NCBI RefSeq assembly: GCF_020885515.1
Contig: NZ_AP024987.1
Span: 240,001-272,000, forward strand
From: a cyanobacterium endosymbiont of Braarudosphaera bigelowii
GTDB lineage: Bacteria > Cyanobacteriota > Cyanobacteriia > Cyanobacteriales > Microcystaceae
DNA length: 32,000 nucleotides
Direction of reading: 5' to 3'
A program made the translations under genes and the position numbers. This document shows, in pieces, positions 1-9,379 of the stretch. A model generated the notes under the pieces. It was not told the origin of the DNA. It ran no database searches and worked only from the letters and a program-made list of their open reading frames with translations. Within the stretch, counting starts at the first letter, position 1. Each line of letters starts with the position of its first letter.

Positions 1-16
1 TAAAATAAATTCTATT

Positions 17-1783
17 TTAACTATATTTATTTTTAGCAATCCCAGAATATACTTGTCCATTCTCAGTATCTATTGTAATAATTATCCCCTCAGGAATATT
101 TTTCATTGCATCTTTAAAGCCAAGGATAACTGGTACACCTAAACGAGATCCAATAACTGCAGCATGGCTGGTTAAACTTGATTCTTCTGTAATAATTCCT
201 GATGCTTTTCTCATCATTTCTACAAATTCTGCATTGGTCTTAGCTACTACCAAAATATCTCCTGATTCAAAATCATTCAAATCTTTGGCATAACTAGTAA
301 TTCTTGCTCTACCACTTGCTAAACCTTGCCCAACCGCTATTCCTTTACCTAATATTGCTCGAATTGTTTGTATTTTTATTAAATCAGTCGATCCTGTTAT
401 TCCTTGAATACTTCCAGCTGTCATGACGACCAAATCTCCATCCTCAAGTAAATTGTTTTCTTGAGCTACATTAATAGCAGATTGAAAAGTTTGACTAGCT
501 GATGGTAAATCCAAAACTAATAAAGTTTCTAAACCCCAAACTAACTGTAATTGTCTTGCGACATCTGTCCGAGGAGTTACGGCTAATATTGGAATGCGGG
601 GACGAAATTTAGAAATATTGCGAGCAGTTGAACCTGTTTTTGTTAAAGATATTATAGCGGCTGCATTTAACTGTTCTGCAATTTGACTGACTGCTGCTGA
701 AATTGCATTAGTAACAGACTGTTTCCTTTCAGAAGAAATTCTTATAGTTGTTGGCTCTTGTTCTATACGTTCAGCAATAGTTGCCATAGTTTCTACTGCT
801 TGGATAGGATATTTCCCTACAGCTGTTTCATTTGATAACATTACTGCATCGGTACCGTCTAAAATCGCATTAGCTACATCAGATACCTCTGCACGAGTAG
901 CTCGAGGATTGTTAATCATGCTATCTAACATTTGAGTAGCAGTAATTACAGGGATACCTAAACTATTCGCAGTAGAAATTAACTGTTTTTGTAAAATGGG
1001 AACATCTTCTGGTGGTAGTTCAACTCCTAAATCTCCTCTAGCTACCATAACGCCATCACATAAGTTAAAAATCTCTTTCATATTTTTGATAGCTTCATGT
1101 TTTTCAATTTTTGCAATTATTGGAATATTTTTTCCCGCATTTGTGATAATTTCCCTTACTTCTAAAATATCTTGTGAATTCCGAACAAAACTTAGTGCAA
1201 TCCAATCTACTCCATTTTCTAAGCCAAAAATTAAATCTTTTTTATCTTTCGTTGTTAATGGTTTTACGGATAAACAGATTCCAGGAAAGTTAACGCCTTT
1301 ACTATTAGATAATATTCCACCAACAATCACCCTACAATATAAATTTTTATTTTTAATATCAACTTTTTCGACTAGCATTTCAACTTTGCCATCATCTATT
1401 AAAATTCTTGCCTGCTCTGGTACTTCTTCTACTAAATATTTATATGTGACGTAACTAATTTCCTTGTTACATTCTACTTCTCGACTTGTAAGAGTAAAAA
1501 AATCACCAGTTTTAAGGGTAATTTCGTTGGATTTAAACAATCCAAGACGAATTTTAGGACCCTGCAAATCTTGAAGAATAGCTACAGGCTGATGTAATTC
1601 AAAAGCAACTTGTCGAATAAGTTGAATGCTATGTGCATGATATTCATGATCACCATGAGAAAAATTAAGACGAAAAGTAGTTGCACCAGCCAAAATCAGC
1701 TTACGTAGAATTTCTTTATTTTGAGTAGCAGGACCAATAGTTGCTACTATCTTAGTCCGACGAGGCATAGAATAAGATCGCAT
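17..1783 (-). CDS. pyk: Pyruvate kinase with a C-terminal PEP-utiliser (swivelling) domain
   Basis: 588 aa ORF. Pyruvate kinase motifs are present: RRTKIVATIGPA, NFSHG and MVARGDLGVE. The C-terminal extension carries TSHAAVIGSRLGVPVI, the PEP-utilising mobile-domain His motif, as in cyanobacterial and Bacillus long pyruvate kinases. The true start may be the internal MPRRTK (nt 1768). Confidence 0.95.
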   Translation of the reverse strand: MRSYSMPRRTKIVATIGPATQNKEILRKLILAGATTFRLNFSHGDHEYHAHSIQLIRQVAFELHQPVAILQDLQGPKIRLGLFKSNEITLKTGDFFTLTSREVECNKEISYVTYKYLVEEVPEQARILIDDGKVEMLVEKVDIKNKNLYCRVIVGGILSNSKGVNFPGICLSVKPLTTKDKKDLIFGLENGVDWIALSFVRNSQDILEVREIITNAGKNIPIIAKIEKHEAIKNMKEIFNLCDGVMVARGDLGVELPPEDVPILQKQLISTANSLGIPVITATQMLDSMINNPRATRAEVSDVANAILDGTDAVMLSNETAVGKYPIQAVETMATIAERIEQEPTTIRISSERKQSVTNAISAAVSQIAEQLNAAAIISLTKTGSTARNISKFRPRIPILAVTPRTDVARQLQLVWGLETLLVLDLPSASQTFQSAINVAQENNLLEDGDLVVMTAGSIQGITGSTDLIKIQTIRAILGKGIAVGQGLASGRARITSYAKDLNDFESGDILVVAKTNAEFVEMMRKASGIITEESSLTSHAAVIGSRLGVPVILGFKDAMKNIPEGIIITIDTENGQVYSGIAKNKYS

Positions 1784-2129
1784 GATAATTTTAATAAAAT
1801 ATATTAACTAATAATTTGTCTTTTATGAAAAGTTAAATCTTTTCTTGAAATTGTACGAAAAATTATCATTATTTAAACATTTTTCTCCTATTTTTTATTT
1901 TCTTTAGTTTCAAAACTAGATAATTAACAATATATAGTTAAATTAATATCATATTTACTTTTTAAATTAGACTTAAAATCAAGTTTTCAACATATGAGGT
2001 ATTTTGACCTCTTTTAGCATCTACATTAAGTTAATAAGCTAAAAGATAAATATACAGAAAAATTAGGGAATAAAAATAACTATAGGTAATGTGAAGCTTA
2101 ATTTATAAATAAGTGTCAAGTTATCTTAA

Positions 2130-2192
2130 GCAAATAAAAAATTTTCTAATTAGATTTTATGCAAATAAATTTTTTAATTTTCTAATTAGATT
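2130..2192. repeat. Imperfect tandem direct repeat (27 and 32 bp units), each ending in the 10-bp palindrome TCTAATTAGA
   Basis: Unit 1 (2130-2156) is GCAAATAAA-AA-ATTTTCTAATTAGATT. Unit 2 (2161-2192) is GCAAATAAA-TTTTTTA-ATTTTCTAATTAGATT. The palindromic cores lie at 2145-2154 and 2181-2190, about 90 bp upstream of the 2282 CDS in the pyk/uxs divergent spacer. Confidence 0.6.
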
Positions 2193-2281
2193 CTTGAACT
2201 CATATATAATAAGTTTGAGTTAGAGTTATTTTCAATAATAACTAACAATAAATTAATATCACTTGTAAACTTACAGGCTAC

Positions 2282-3211
2282 ATGAAAATACTAGTTACAG
2301 GCGGTGCTGGTTTCATTGGTTCCCATCTTATTGATCGCTTAATGGAAAAGGGATATGATGTTCTTTGCTTAGATAATTTTTATACTGGCAGCAAAAATAA
2401 TGTTTTTAAATGGATTGGTAACCCTTGCTTTGAATTAATTCGCCATGACATCACTGAACCTATCCGTTTAGAGGTTGATCGAATCTATCATTTAGCATGT
2501 CCTGCTTCTCCAATTCACTATCAACATAATCCTGTAAAAACCATTAAGACTAATGTGTTAGGAACGTTAAACATGCTAGGTCTAGCTAAACGAGTTAATG
2601 CGCGTATTTTACTTGCATCCACTTCTGAAGTATATGGCGATCCAGATATACATCCTCAGCATGAAGAATACAATGGAAATGTAAATTGTACCGGTTTAAG
2701 AGCTTGTTACGATGAAGGCAAAAGAGTAGCTGAAACTTTAGCATTTGAGTACCATAGAGAGCACAAAACAGATATTCGAGTAGCACGTATTTTTAACACA
2801 TATGGACCTAGAATGTCAGAAAACGATGGTAGAGTCGTAAGTAACCTTATTGTGCAAGCTTTACAAAATAAATTCTTAACCATTTATGGAGATGGATCTC
2901 AAACTCGAAGCTTTTGCTATATTTCTGATATGGCAGAAGGATTAATAAGGTTGATGAATGGAAATTATATAGGTCCAATAAATTTAGGTAATCCTGATGA
3001 ATATACTATCCTAGAGCTGGCCAAAACTATTCAAAAAATGACTAAATCTAACGCGCAATTAATTTATAAAGAATTACCTAAAGATGATCCTAAAAAGAGA
3101 CAACCTGATATTACAAAAGCTAAGCTTTATCTTGATTGGCAACCAAAATTTTCTTTACAAAAAGGATTGGAATTAACAATTCAACATTTTCAAGGTCAAA
3201 TATTTGAATAA
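2282..3211 (+). CDS. UDP-glucuronate decarboxylase (UDP-xylose synthase)-like NAD-dependent epimerase/dehydratase
   Basis: 309 aa. It has an N-terminal Rossmann motif [11 protein letters not shown], the SDR catalytic YDEGKR (YxxxK) and the STSEVYG motif. Length and sequence are typical of UXS-type enzymes. It lies directly upstream of a UDP-glucose dehydrogenase. Confidence 0.85.
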   Translation: MKILVTGGAGFIGSHLIDRLMEKGYDVLCLDNFYTGSKNNVFKWIGNPCFELIRHDITEPIRLEVDRIYHLACPASPIHYQHNPVKTIKTNVLGTLNMLGLAKRVNARILLASTSEVYGDPDIHPQHEEYNGNVNCTGLRACYDEGKRVAETLAFEYHREHKTDIRVARIFNTYGPRMSENDGRVVSNLIVQALQNKFLTIYGDGSQTRSFCYISDMAEGLIRLMNGNYIGPINLGNPDEYTILELAKTIQKMTKSNAQLIYKELPKDDPKKRQPDITKAKLYLDWQPKFSLQKGLELTIQHFQGQIFE

Positions 3212-3296
3212 TAGTTAATTCCATTTAGAGAAATTCTAAATACCTATCAAAGAACAGTTAAATATAAAACTTTAAGTAAATTAAAAACATAAAATC

Positions 3297-4646
3297 ATGC
3301 GTGTTTGTGTTATCGGGACAGGTTATGTTGGGCTAGTGACTGGAGTTTGTCTAGCTCATATTGGTCATCATGTTATTTGTGTTGATAATAATGAAGAAAA
3401 GATCAAGCTAATGAAAGCTGGTCAATCTCCTATTTATGAACCTGGACTCTCAGAACTAATGTATTCTTCTATGCAAAAAAATCGTTTAGATTTTACATCA
3501 AATTTAGCTAGAGGTGTTCATCATGGAGAAATTATTTTTACCGCAGTAGGTACTCCTGCTTTAGCTAATGGAGAAAGTGATACGCGTTATGTTGAAGCTG
3601 TTGCAAGAGGTATTGGAGAAAATTTAAATTGTGGCTACAAAGTTATAGTAAATAAATCTACTGTACCAATTGGTTCTGGTGATTGGGTAAGAATGATTGT
3701 TATGGAAGGATTGGCTAAACAAAATAATCCTTCTATGAAAGTAGAATTTGATGTTATTAGTAATCCTGAATTTTTAAGGGAAGGATCTGCAGTTTATGAC
3801 ACATTTAATCCTGATCGTATTGTTCTCGGAGGTAACAGTAAACAAGCTATTGATGTTATGAAAAATCTTTATAAACCTTTGATAGAAAGAAAATTTTCTA
3901 AAGATCAAGCTTTACCTTTTGTTCCTTTAGTAGTAACAGATTTAAATTCTGCAGAAATGATAAAATATGCTGCCAATGCATTCTTGGCAACTAAAATTAG
4001 TTTTATAAATGAAGTCGCAAATATTTGTGATCGTGTGGGAGCAGATATTTGTCAAGTTGCACAAGGTATAGGATTAGATTCTCGTATTGGTAATAAGTTC
4101 TTAAAAGCAGGTATTGGCTGGGGAGGCTCTTGTTTTCCTAAAGATGTTTCAGCTTTAATTCGTACTGCTAATGATTATAACTATGAAACACAACTATTGA
4201 ATGCGGCAGTTAGGGTAAATAAAAAGCAAAGATTAATAGTTATAGAAAAATTACAACAAGAATTAAAAATTCTTAAAGGCAAAACTATTGGTTTGTTAGG
4301 ATTAACGTTTAAGGCAGATACTGATGATATGAGAGATGCTCCCGCACTTACAATAATCGAAGAACTTAACCGTTTGGGAGCGAAGGTTAAGGCATATGAT
4401 CCAATTGTTTCTCAATCTGGATTAAGTCATGGATTATCAGGAGTGATTATTGAGACTGATGCCGAAATGCTTTCAGATAATTGTGACGCATTAGTATTAA
4501 TTACAGATTGGCAGGAATTTCTTAATTTAAATTATCAAAAAATGGCTACAGTTATGATTAATCCTGTTATCATAGATGGTCGTAATTTCTTAGAGCGTTC
4601 TAAGTTACAAATGGCAGGTTTCCATTATGTAGGAATTGGTCGTTAA
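3297..4646 (+). CDS. ugd: UDP-glucose 6-dehydrogenase
   Basis: 449 aa. It has the N-terminal GTGYVGL dinucleotide fold, the catalytic-Cys motif GWGGSCFPKD and the C-terminal UDP-binding LTFKADTDDMRDAP. Confidence 0.92.
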   Translation: MRVCVIGTGYVGLVTGVCLAHIGHHVICVDNNEEKIKLMKAGQSPIYEPGLSELMYSSMQKNRLDFTSNLARGVHHGEIIFTAVGTPALANGESDTRYVEAVARGIGENLNCGYKVIVNKSTVPIGSGDWVRMIVMEGLAKQNNPSMKVEFDVISNPEFLREGSAVYDTFNPDRIVLGGNSKQAIDVMKNLYKPLIERKFSKDQALPFVPLVVTDLNSAEMIKYAANAFLATKISFINEVANICDRVGADICQVAQGIGLDSRIGNKFLKAGIGWGGSCFPKDVSALIRTANDYNYETQLLNAAVRVNKKQRLIVIEKLQQELKILKGKTIGLLGLTFKADTDDMRDAPALTIIEELNRLGAKVKAYDPIVSQSGLSHGLSGVIIETDAEMLSDNCDALVLITDWQEFLNLNYQKMATVMINPVIIDGRNFLERSKLQMAGFHYVGIGR

Positions 4647-4894
4647 ATATTATTTCAACTTTATTAGACTAAAAGTTTCGATGTAATTTTATTGTAACCT
4701 ATCATAGTTAAAATAGTTTTTAGATTATCCATAGTGTTGAGTTTTTATTGATTCATTATTTAACAAATGTATAAGCCACTATTTTAAATATTTTTATTCA
4801 AATAGTAAAAATTAGTATTCATATTTTATTTAAAAGGTAAGATGTAAATAGCTGACATAGAGTTCGCTTAATTATTTGTTATTAGGTTTAGTAT

Positions 4895-5881
4895 ATGATT
4901 TGGAGAAGGCGTCATATTTTAAGTTTAGCTGATTGGGAGGAAGAAGAATACAACACACTAATTCAGACTGCTTCTAGTTTCAGCGAAGTTTTATTACGTC
5001 ATACTAAAAAGGTTCCAGCTCTTCAAGGGTTAGTCGTTACTAACATGTTTTTTGAACCATCTACAAGAACTCGTAGTAGCTTTGAATTAGCAAGTAAGCG
5101 TCTCTCTGCAGATATATTAAACTTTTCTCCAGGAACCTCATCTTTAGCAAAAGGGGAAACTATTCTGGATACAGCTAAAACTTATTTAGCTATGGGAGCA
5201 AATATTATGGTTATCCGCCATAAGCGAGCAGGTGTTCCTAGGATAATTGCCAATGAAATGGATCGTTTACAAAGTGGTGTTAGCATCTTAAACGCTGGAG
5301 ATGGTATGCATGAGCACCCTTCTCAAGGATTACTAGATTTATTTACTATTTGCTCTGAGCTAGATTCTAGTTATCCTAGACTAGAATTATTACAAGATAA
5401 AAAAATCGTTATTGTTGGTGATATATTACATTCTAGGGTTGCTCGTTCAAACATATGGAGTTTGACAAAAGCAGGAGCTAAGGTTCATCTAGTAGGTCCA
5501 CCGACACTACTTCCTAAATGGTTTGAAGATATAAAAAATAGATGTAACAAAGGACAATTGTTCATACATTGGAATTTAGAAGTTGCTTTAAAAAAAGCAG
5601 ATTTTATTATGACATTACGCTTACAAAAGGAAAGAATGACAGATGCTTTGCTACCTAGCCTGAGAGAATATCACAAATATTATGGTATTACGCATAAGCA
5701 TTTATACCTTTGTCAACCTAATGTAAAAATCTTGCATCCAGGACCAGTTAACCGTGGAATTGAAATCAGCTCAAGTCTAATAGATGACCCTAACTTTAGT
5801 CTAGTTCAAAAGCAAATTACAAATAGTATTGCTATTCGAATGGCTTTACTATTCTTACTTGGAACTTTCTCTGAACAATAA
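4895..5881 (+). CDS. pyrB: Aspartate carbamoyltransferase catalytic subunit
   Basis: 328 aa. ATCase signatures are present: [21 protein letters not shown] and HPGPVNRG. Confidence 0.93.
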   Translation: MIWRRRHILSLADWEEEEYNTLIQTASSFSEVLLRHTKKVPALQGLVVTNMFFEPSTRTRSSFELASKRLSADILNFSPGTSSLAKGETILDTAKTYLAMGANIMVIRHKRAGVPRIIANEMDRLQSGVSILNAGDGMHEHPSQGLLDLFTICSELDSSYPRLELLQDKKIVIVGDILHSRVARSNIWSLTKAGAKVHLVGPPTLLPKWFEDIKNRCNKGQLFIHWNLEVALKKADFIMTLRLQKERMTDALLPSLREYHKYYGITHKHLYLCQPNVKILHPGPVNRGIEISSSLIDDPNFSLVQKQITNSIAIRMALLFLLGTFSEQ

Positions 5882-5939
5882 TAGTAGTATTTTCAATCTT
5901 TAGACAATAACTAAGATCAATTTTCAATGTATTTTTGCA

Positions 5940-5982
5940 TCTTAACTTTTTTAATTAACTATATTAATTAAAAAAGTTAAGA
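5940..5982. terminator. Bidirectional terminator-like hairpin between convergent pyrB and hemN
   Basis: A perfect 19-bp stem (5940-5958 pairs with 5964-5982) has the 5-nt loop CTATA. It lies in the 133-bp gap between the two stop codons. The stem is A/T-run rich on both strands. Confidence 0.6.
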
Positions 5983-6014
5983 ATTCATTCAACTTTTTTA
6001 TAGTATTATCTAAC

Positions 6015-7418
6015 TTAAATAGATTTTGAAAATGTATTTTCCTTAGATTTTTTGAGATATGGATCAAATACTGATGCAATATTTCTAATAAGCCAACGTC
6101 CTGAATTAGTAACTTCCAAACGGTCATTATATAAATTAACTAATCCATCGTTTTCTAAGGGTTTTAAATCAATTAACTCTTGTGCAAAATACTCATCAAA
6201 ATTAAAGTTTAAATTATATTTTTTCTTAATACGATTTTTATCAAGTTTAGATTGACACATTAGTTCCATAATTATAGAGCGACGAATAATATCGTCTTGA
6301 CTAAGGGCAAAACCTTTCTCAATAGGTAAAAGGCCTTCATCTAGAGTACGATAGTAGTCTTTGATTTTTTTATGATTTTGAACGTAAACATCATTAAGCA
6401 TACTAATAGAGGTCATTCCAAAAGAAAGAAGATCAGATTCTGGTTTTGTTGTATACCCCTGAAAGTTACGATGTAAGTCACCTTTCTCCTGCGCAATTGA
6501 TAACTCATCATTCGGTTTGGCAAAGTGATCCATTCCTATATACATATAGTTGTTATCATTGAATTTATTAATGGCCATTTGCAAAATAGCAAGTTTTTCC
6601 GATGCACTTGGCAGTTCACTAATAGGAAGATTTTTTTGAGCAGGTTTTATCCATGGAATATATGCAAAATTAAATACAGCAATACGGTCAGGATTCAACT
6701 CTATTGTTTTTTCAATTGTTTTCTCAAAAGTATGTCTATTTTGAAAAGGTAGACCATAAATTAGATCAACATTAACACTCTCGAATTTTGCTTCTTTTAT
6801 CCAATCCATAACCTGAAATAACATTTTTTCAGGTTGAACACGGTTAATAACATTTTGTACTTTCTCTTCAAAGTCTTGAATTCCAAAGCTAATACGGTTA
6901 AAGCCAATATCTCTTAGGAAAAAAATAAGGCTTTTATCAACATATTTAGGATTAACTTCAATAGATATTTCTGCATTTTTATCTATATTGAAGTTGTCTT
7001 TTAGCGTATTAAATAATATTTCTATTTGAGGTTGATTTAAATAATTAGGTGTTCCTCCTCCCCAATGAATTTGATTTACAAGGCGATCTGACGAAACAAG
7101 TTGGGAAGTTTCTTTGATATCATTTACTATATATTCTAAATAAGTAGAAGCAACTTTTTTATTTCTTGTAATAATTGTATTGCATCCACAAAAATAACAT
7201 GCGCTTTCACAGAAAGGGATATGACAATAGAGGGAAAGTGGAATTTTTTTCTTATTACCGGATTCAATGCCTAATCTAAACTCTTTTTCTCCTGAGTTTA
7301 CCTTTAATTCAGTAGCAGGAGGATAACTTGTATATCTAGGAAGAGATTTATCATATTTTTTAAGCAGTTCTTGATCAAAACTCATATCTTCTGATGTTAA
7401 TTTCATAGTTTTAGTCAT
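6015..7418 (-). CDS. hemN: Oxygen-independent coproporphyrinogen III oxidase (radical SAM, HemN type)
   Basis: 467 aa. It has the radical-SAM cluster motif CESACYFCGC (CxxxCxxC), GGGTPN, and a HemN-length C-terminal domain. Confidence 0.92.
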   Translation of the reverse strand: MTKTMKLTSEDMSFDQELLKKYDKSLPRYTSYPPATELKVNSGEKEFRLGIESGNKKKIPLSLYCHIPFCESACYFCGCNTIITRNKKVASTYLEYIVNDIKETSQLVSSDRLVNQIHWGGGTPNYLNQPQIEILFNTLKDNFNIDKNAEISIEVNPKYVDKSLIFFLRDIGFNRISFGIQDFEEKVQNVINRVQPEKMLFQVMDWIKEAKFESVNVDLIYGLPFQNRHTFEKTIEKTIELNPDRIAVFNFAYIPWIKPAQKNLPISELPSASEKLAILQMAINKFNDNNYMYIGMDHFAKPNDELSIAQEKGDLHRNFQGYTTKPESDLLSFGMTSISMLNDVYVQNHKKIKDYYRTLDEGLLPIEKGFALSQDDIIRRSIIMELMCQSKLDKNRIKKKYNLNFNFDEYFAQELIDLKPLENDGLVNLYNDRLEVTNSGRWLIRNIASVFDPYLKKSKENTFSKSI

Positions 7419-7680
7419 GTCTCAATGATTAAGATAGTCTGGGAATAATAGATTTCAGAAAGAAAATCCAAGTGAAAGTATTAATTTGACATTTGAATTT
7501 TTTTACACAAGCAATAGTTTTAAATTCTTTTTTCTTAGTCATCAGTTTCTGAATTATTATGAAACTAATTGTTTTCTATCAAATTAAAAGTTTTCTATAA
7601 GTAATCAAGCAAAAGTCAAAATATCTATACATTAACCTTAATCTTAAATCTTTAGAGTAGAAAAAGTATTGCATGATGCA

Positions 7681-7709
7681 TTTACACTACGTTTACAAGA
7701 CTTAACAAG
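7681..7709 (+). promoter_or_regulatory. Three phased direct repeats TTTACA / TTTACA / TTAACA (HLR1-like, candidate OmpR-family/RpaB-type site)
   Basis: The sequence is TTTACActacgTTTACAagacTTAACAag. Hexamers start at 7681, 7692 and 7702, giving 10-11 bp phasing. It sits in the 660-bp hemN/acsF divergent spacer and directly abuts the palindrome TGCATgATGCA (7670-7680). The match to the HLR1 consensus (G/T)TTACA(T/A)(T/A)-N2-repeat is imperfect. Confidence 0.25.
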
Positions 7710-8078
7710 TAAGTAAAGATTAACAATAAAGAACCACTCCAGTATCTTTAAATAGATTAGATAAAAGATATTCTACTTACCATGGAATTTGAGATTACTA
7801 CCTTTTAGTTTATTGCTATACAGTTATATTATCACTGAATTGTCGAATATGTTCAAGATTGATATTATCTTAAGTCATAAATTTTATATTATTAGAATCC
7901 TTAATATGTTTAATACTTGAGAGTCATGAAATAAAAACTATTCTGTAATACATAAATATTATCTCAAATCTTATAACTAACCAACTAAAATATAAATTTT
8001 AATCTTTTGTTAGTTTAGGGATAGACAAACTTCTTTTAACATAAGATAATATAACTATCAAGTTATATAAATATAATT

Positions 8079-9158
8079 ATGGTCACTACTTTAGTTAATA
8101 CACACACAAACCAGCTAAAAACAAAAAAGAAAGAAGTCTCTAAAGAAACTTTATTGACTCCACGTTTTTACACTACAGATTTTGAAACTGCAGCCACTAT
8201 TTCTTTAAAGGATCAAGAAACTCAACTACAAGCAATGTTAACAGAAATGCGTAACGACTATAATCGTTATCATTTTGTCCGTGATGATAGTTTCAAGGAT
8301 GCTTCCTGGGATCATTTAGATAAAGATACAAGAGAAGGATTTATTCAATATTTAGAAAGATCATGTATTTCTGAGTTTTCTGGTTTTTTACTTTTCAAAG
8401 AATTATCTAGAAAAATTAAAAAAAGTAATCCTCTAATGGCAGAAATTTTTCATTTAATGGCAAGAGATGAGGCACGTCATGCTGGATATCTCAATAAAGC
8501 AATGTCTGACTTTAATGTTACCCTAGATCTAGGAAAAATAACTAAAACAAGAAGCTATACTTTCTTTCCTCTAGAATGGGTAATTTATACAGTATATCTA
8601 TCTGAAAAAATTGGATATTGGCGCTATATCATTATTTTTCATCATTTACAGAAACATCCTGAAAAGAAATTCTATCCAATTTTTGATAAATTTGAGAGTT
8701 GGTGTCAAGACGAAAATCGCCATGGAGATATTTTTAACGCTTTATTGCGTTCACAACCTAAGCTTTGGAATAATTGGAAAGCAAGGTTGTGGAGTCGCTT
8801 TTTTCTTTTATCTGTATTTGTAACACATACTTTAACTGTTCATGAAAGAAAAAAATTCTATTTATCTTTAGGAATAAATGCAACAGACTTTGATAAAGAA
8901 GTAATTCGTGAAACTAATAATACCTCTGCTAGAGCCTTTCCCTCTATTCTAGATGTAGAACATCCTGAATTCTACCCTCGTTTAAAAAGATGTTCAGATC
9001 GTAATTTAGAAATTAAAGCTTTGAAAAATAGCAATAAGCTAGGAATTGTAAAAACTTTAAATAAGATTTTACTAATCGCTGGCATTGCTGGAGATTTTTT
9101 CAAGGCTTTTCTTATTAAGCCTATCGATACAGAAGCTTTACGAGGAGATATTCACTAA
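8079..9158 (+). CDS. acsF: Mg-protoporphyrin IX monomethyl ester (oxidative) cyclase
   Basis: 359 aa. It has TPRFYTTDF, and the di-iron carboxylate motifs EFSGFLLFKE...RDEARHAG and QDENRHGD. Length is typical of cyanobacterial AcsF/ChlA. Confidence 0.93.
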   Translation: MVTTLVNTHTNQLKTKKKEVSKETLLTPRFYTTDFETAATISLKDQETQLQAMLTEMRNDYNRYHFVRDDSFKDASWDHLDKDTREGFIQYLERSCISEFSGFLLFKELSRKIKKSNPLMAEIFHLMARDEARHAGYLNKAMSDFNVTLDLGKITKTRSYTFFPLEWVIYTVYLSEKIGYWRYIIIFHHLQKHPEKKFYPIFDKFESWCQDENRHGDIFNALLRSQPKLWNNWKARLWSRFFLLSVFVTHTLTVHERKKFYLSLGINATDFDKEVIRETNNTSARAFPSILDVEHPEFYPRLKRCSDRNLEIKALKNSNKLGIVKTLNKILLIAGIAGDFFKAFLIKPIDTEALRGDIH

Positions 9159-9191
9159 TAGTTACCATATAAGGTTCCTACTCTTAGTATC

Positions 9192-9254
9192 TAAACATCT
9201 ATTTTTCTACTGTAATATATATGTAATACATAATAGTAGAAAAATAGATGTTTA
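9192..9254. terminator. Long hairpin downstream of acsF, convergent with the DUF123 gene
   Basis: A perfect 20-bp stem (9192-9211 pairs with 9235-9254) has a 23-nt AT loop. It begins 34 nt after the acsF stop. The stem contains T5/A5 runs. Confidence 0.5.
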
Positions 9255-9379
9255 AATATAGTAATAGAAGTTGATAAATATATTTTTAATGTAATAAGAT
9301 CTTTTATGTTCATGCTTGATCGTTCTTTTCAGAGTTAGCATGATAAAAAATGTTTTTTAGTTAGTTTAAGATTAGAACA

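Noticed and set aside
17-400. The C-terminal PEP-utiliser domain on pyruvate kinase as a possible novel fusion.
   Set aside because: This extended architecture is an established feature of cyanobacterial and Bacillus/Geobacillus pyruvate kinases, so it is not novel.
996-1454. 152-aa + strand ORF inside pyruvate kinase. Similar antisense or out-of-frame ORFs occur at 2595-2786, 6052-6255, 6525-6752, 8611-8823, 9598-9795, 13045-13275, 17655-17936, 17952-18158, 22523-22714, 23611-23829, 26593-26829 and 28528-28743.
   Set aside because: All lie wholly within well-supported conserved genes. Their translations are low-complexity (Ser/Leu/Phe/Ile/Lys-rich) and resemble no protein family. They are shadow ORFs of the kind expected in AT-rich coding sequence.
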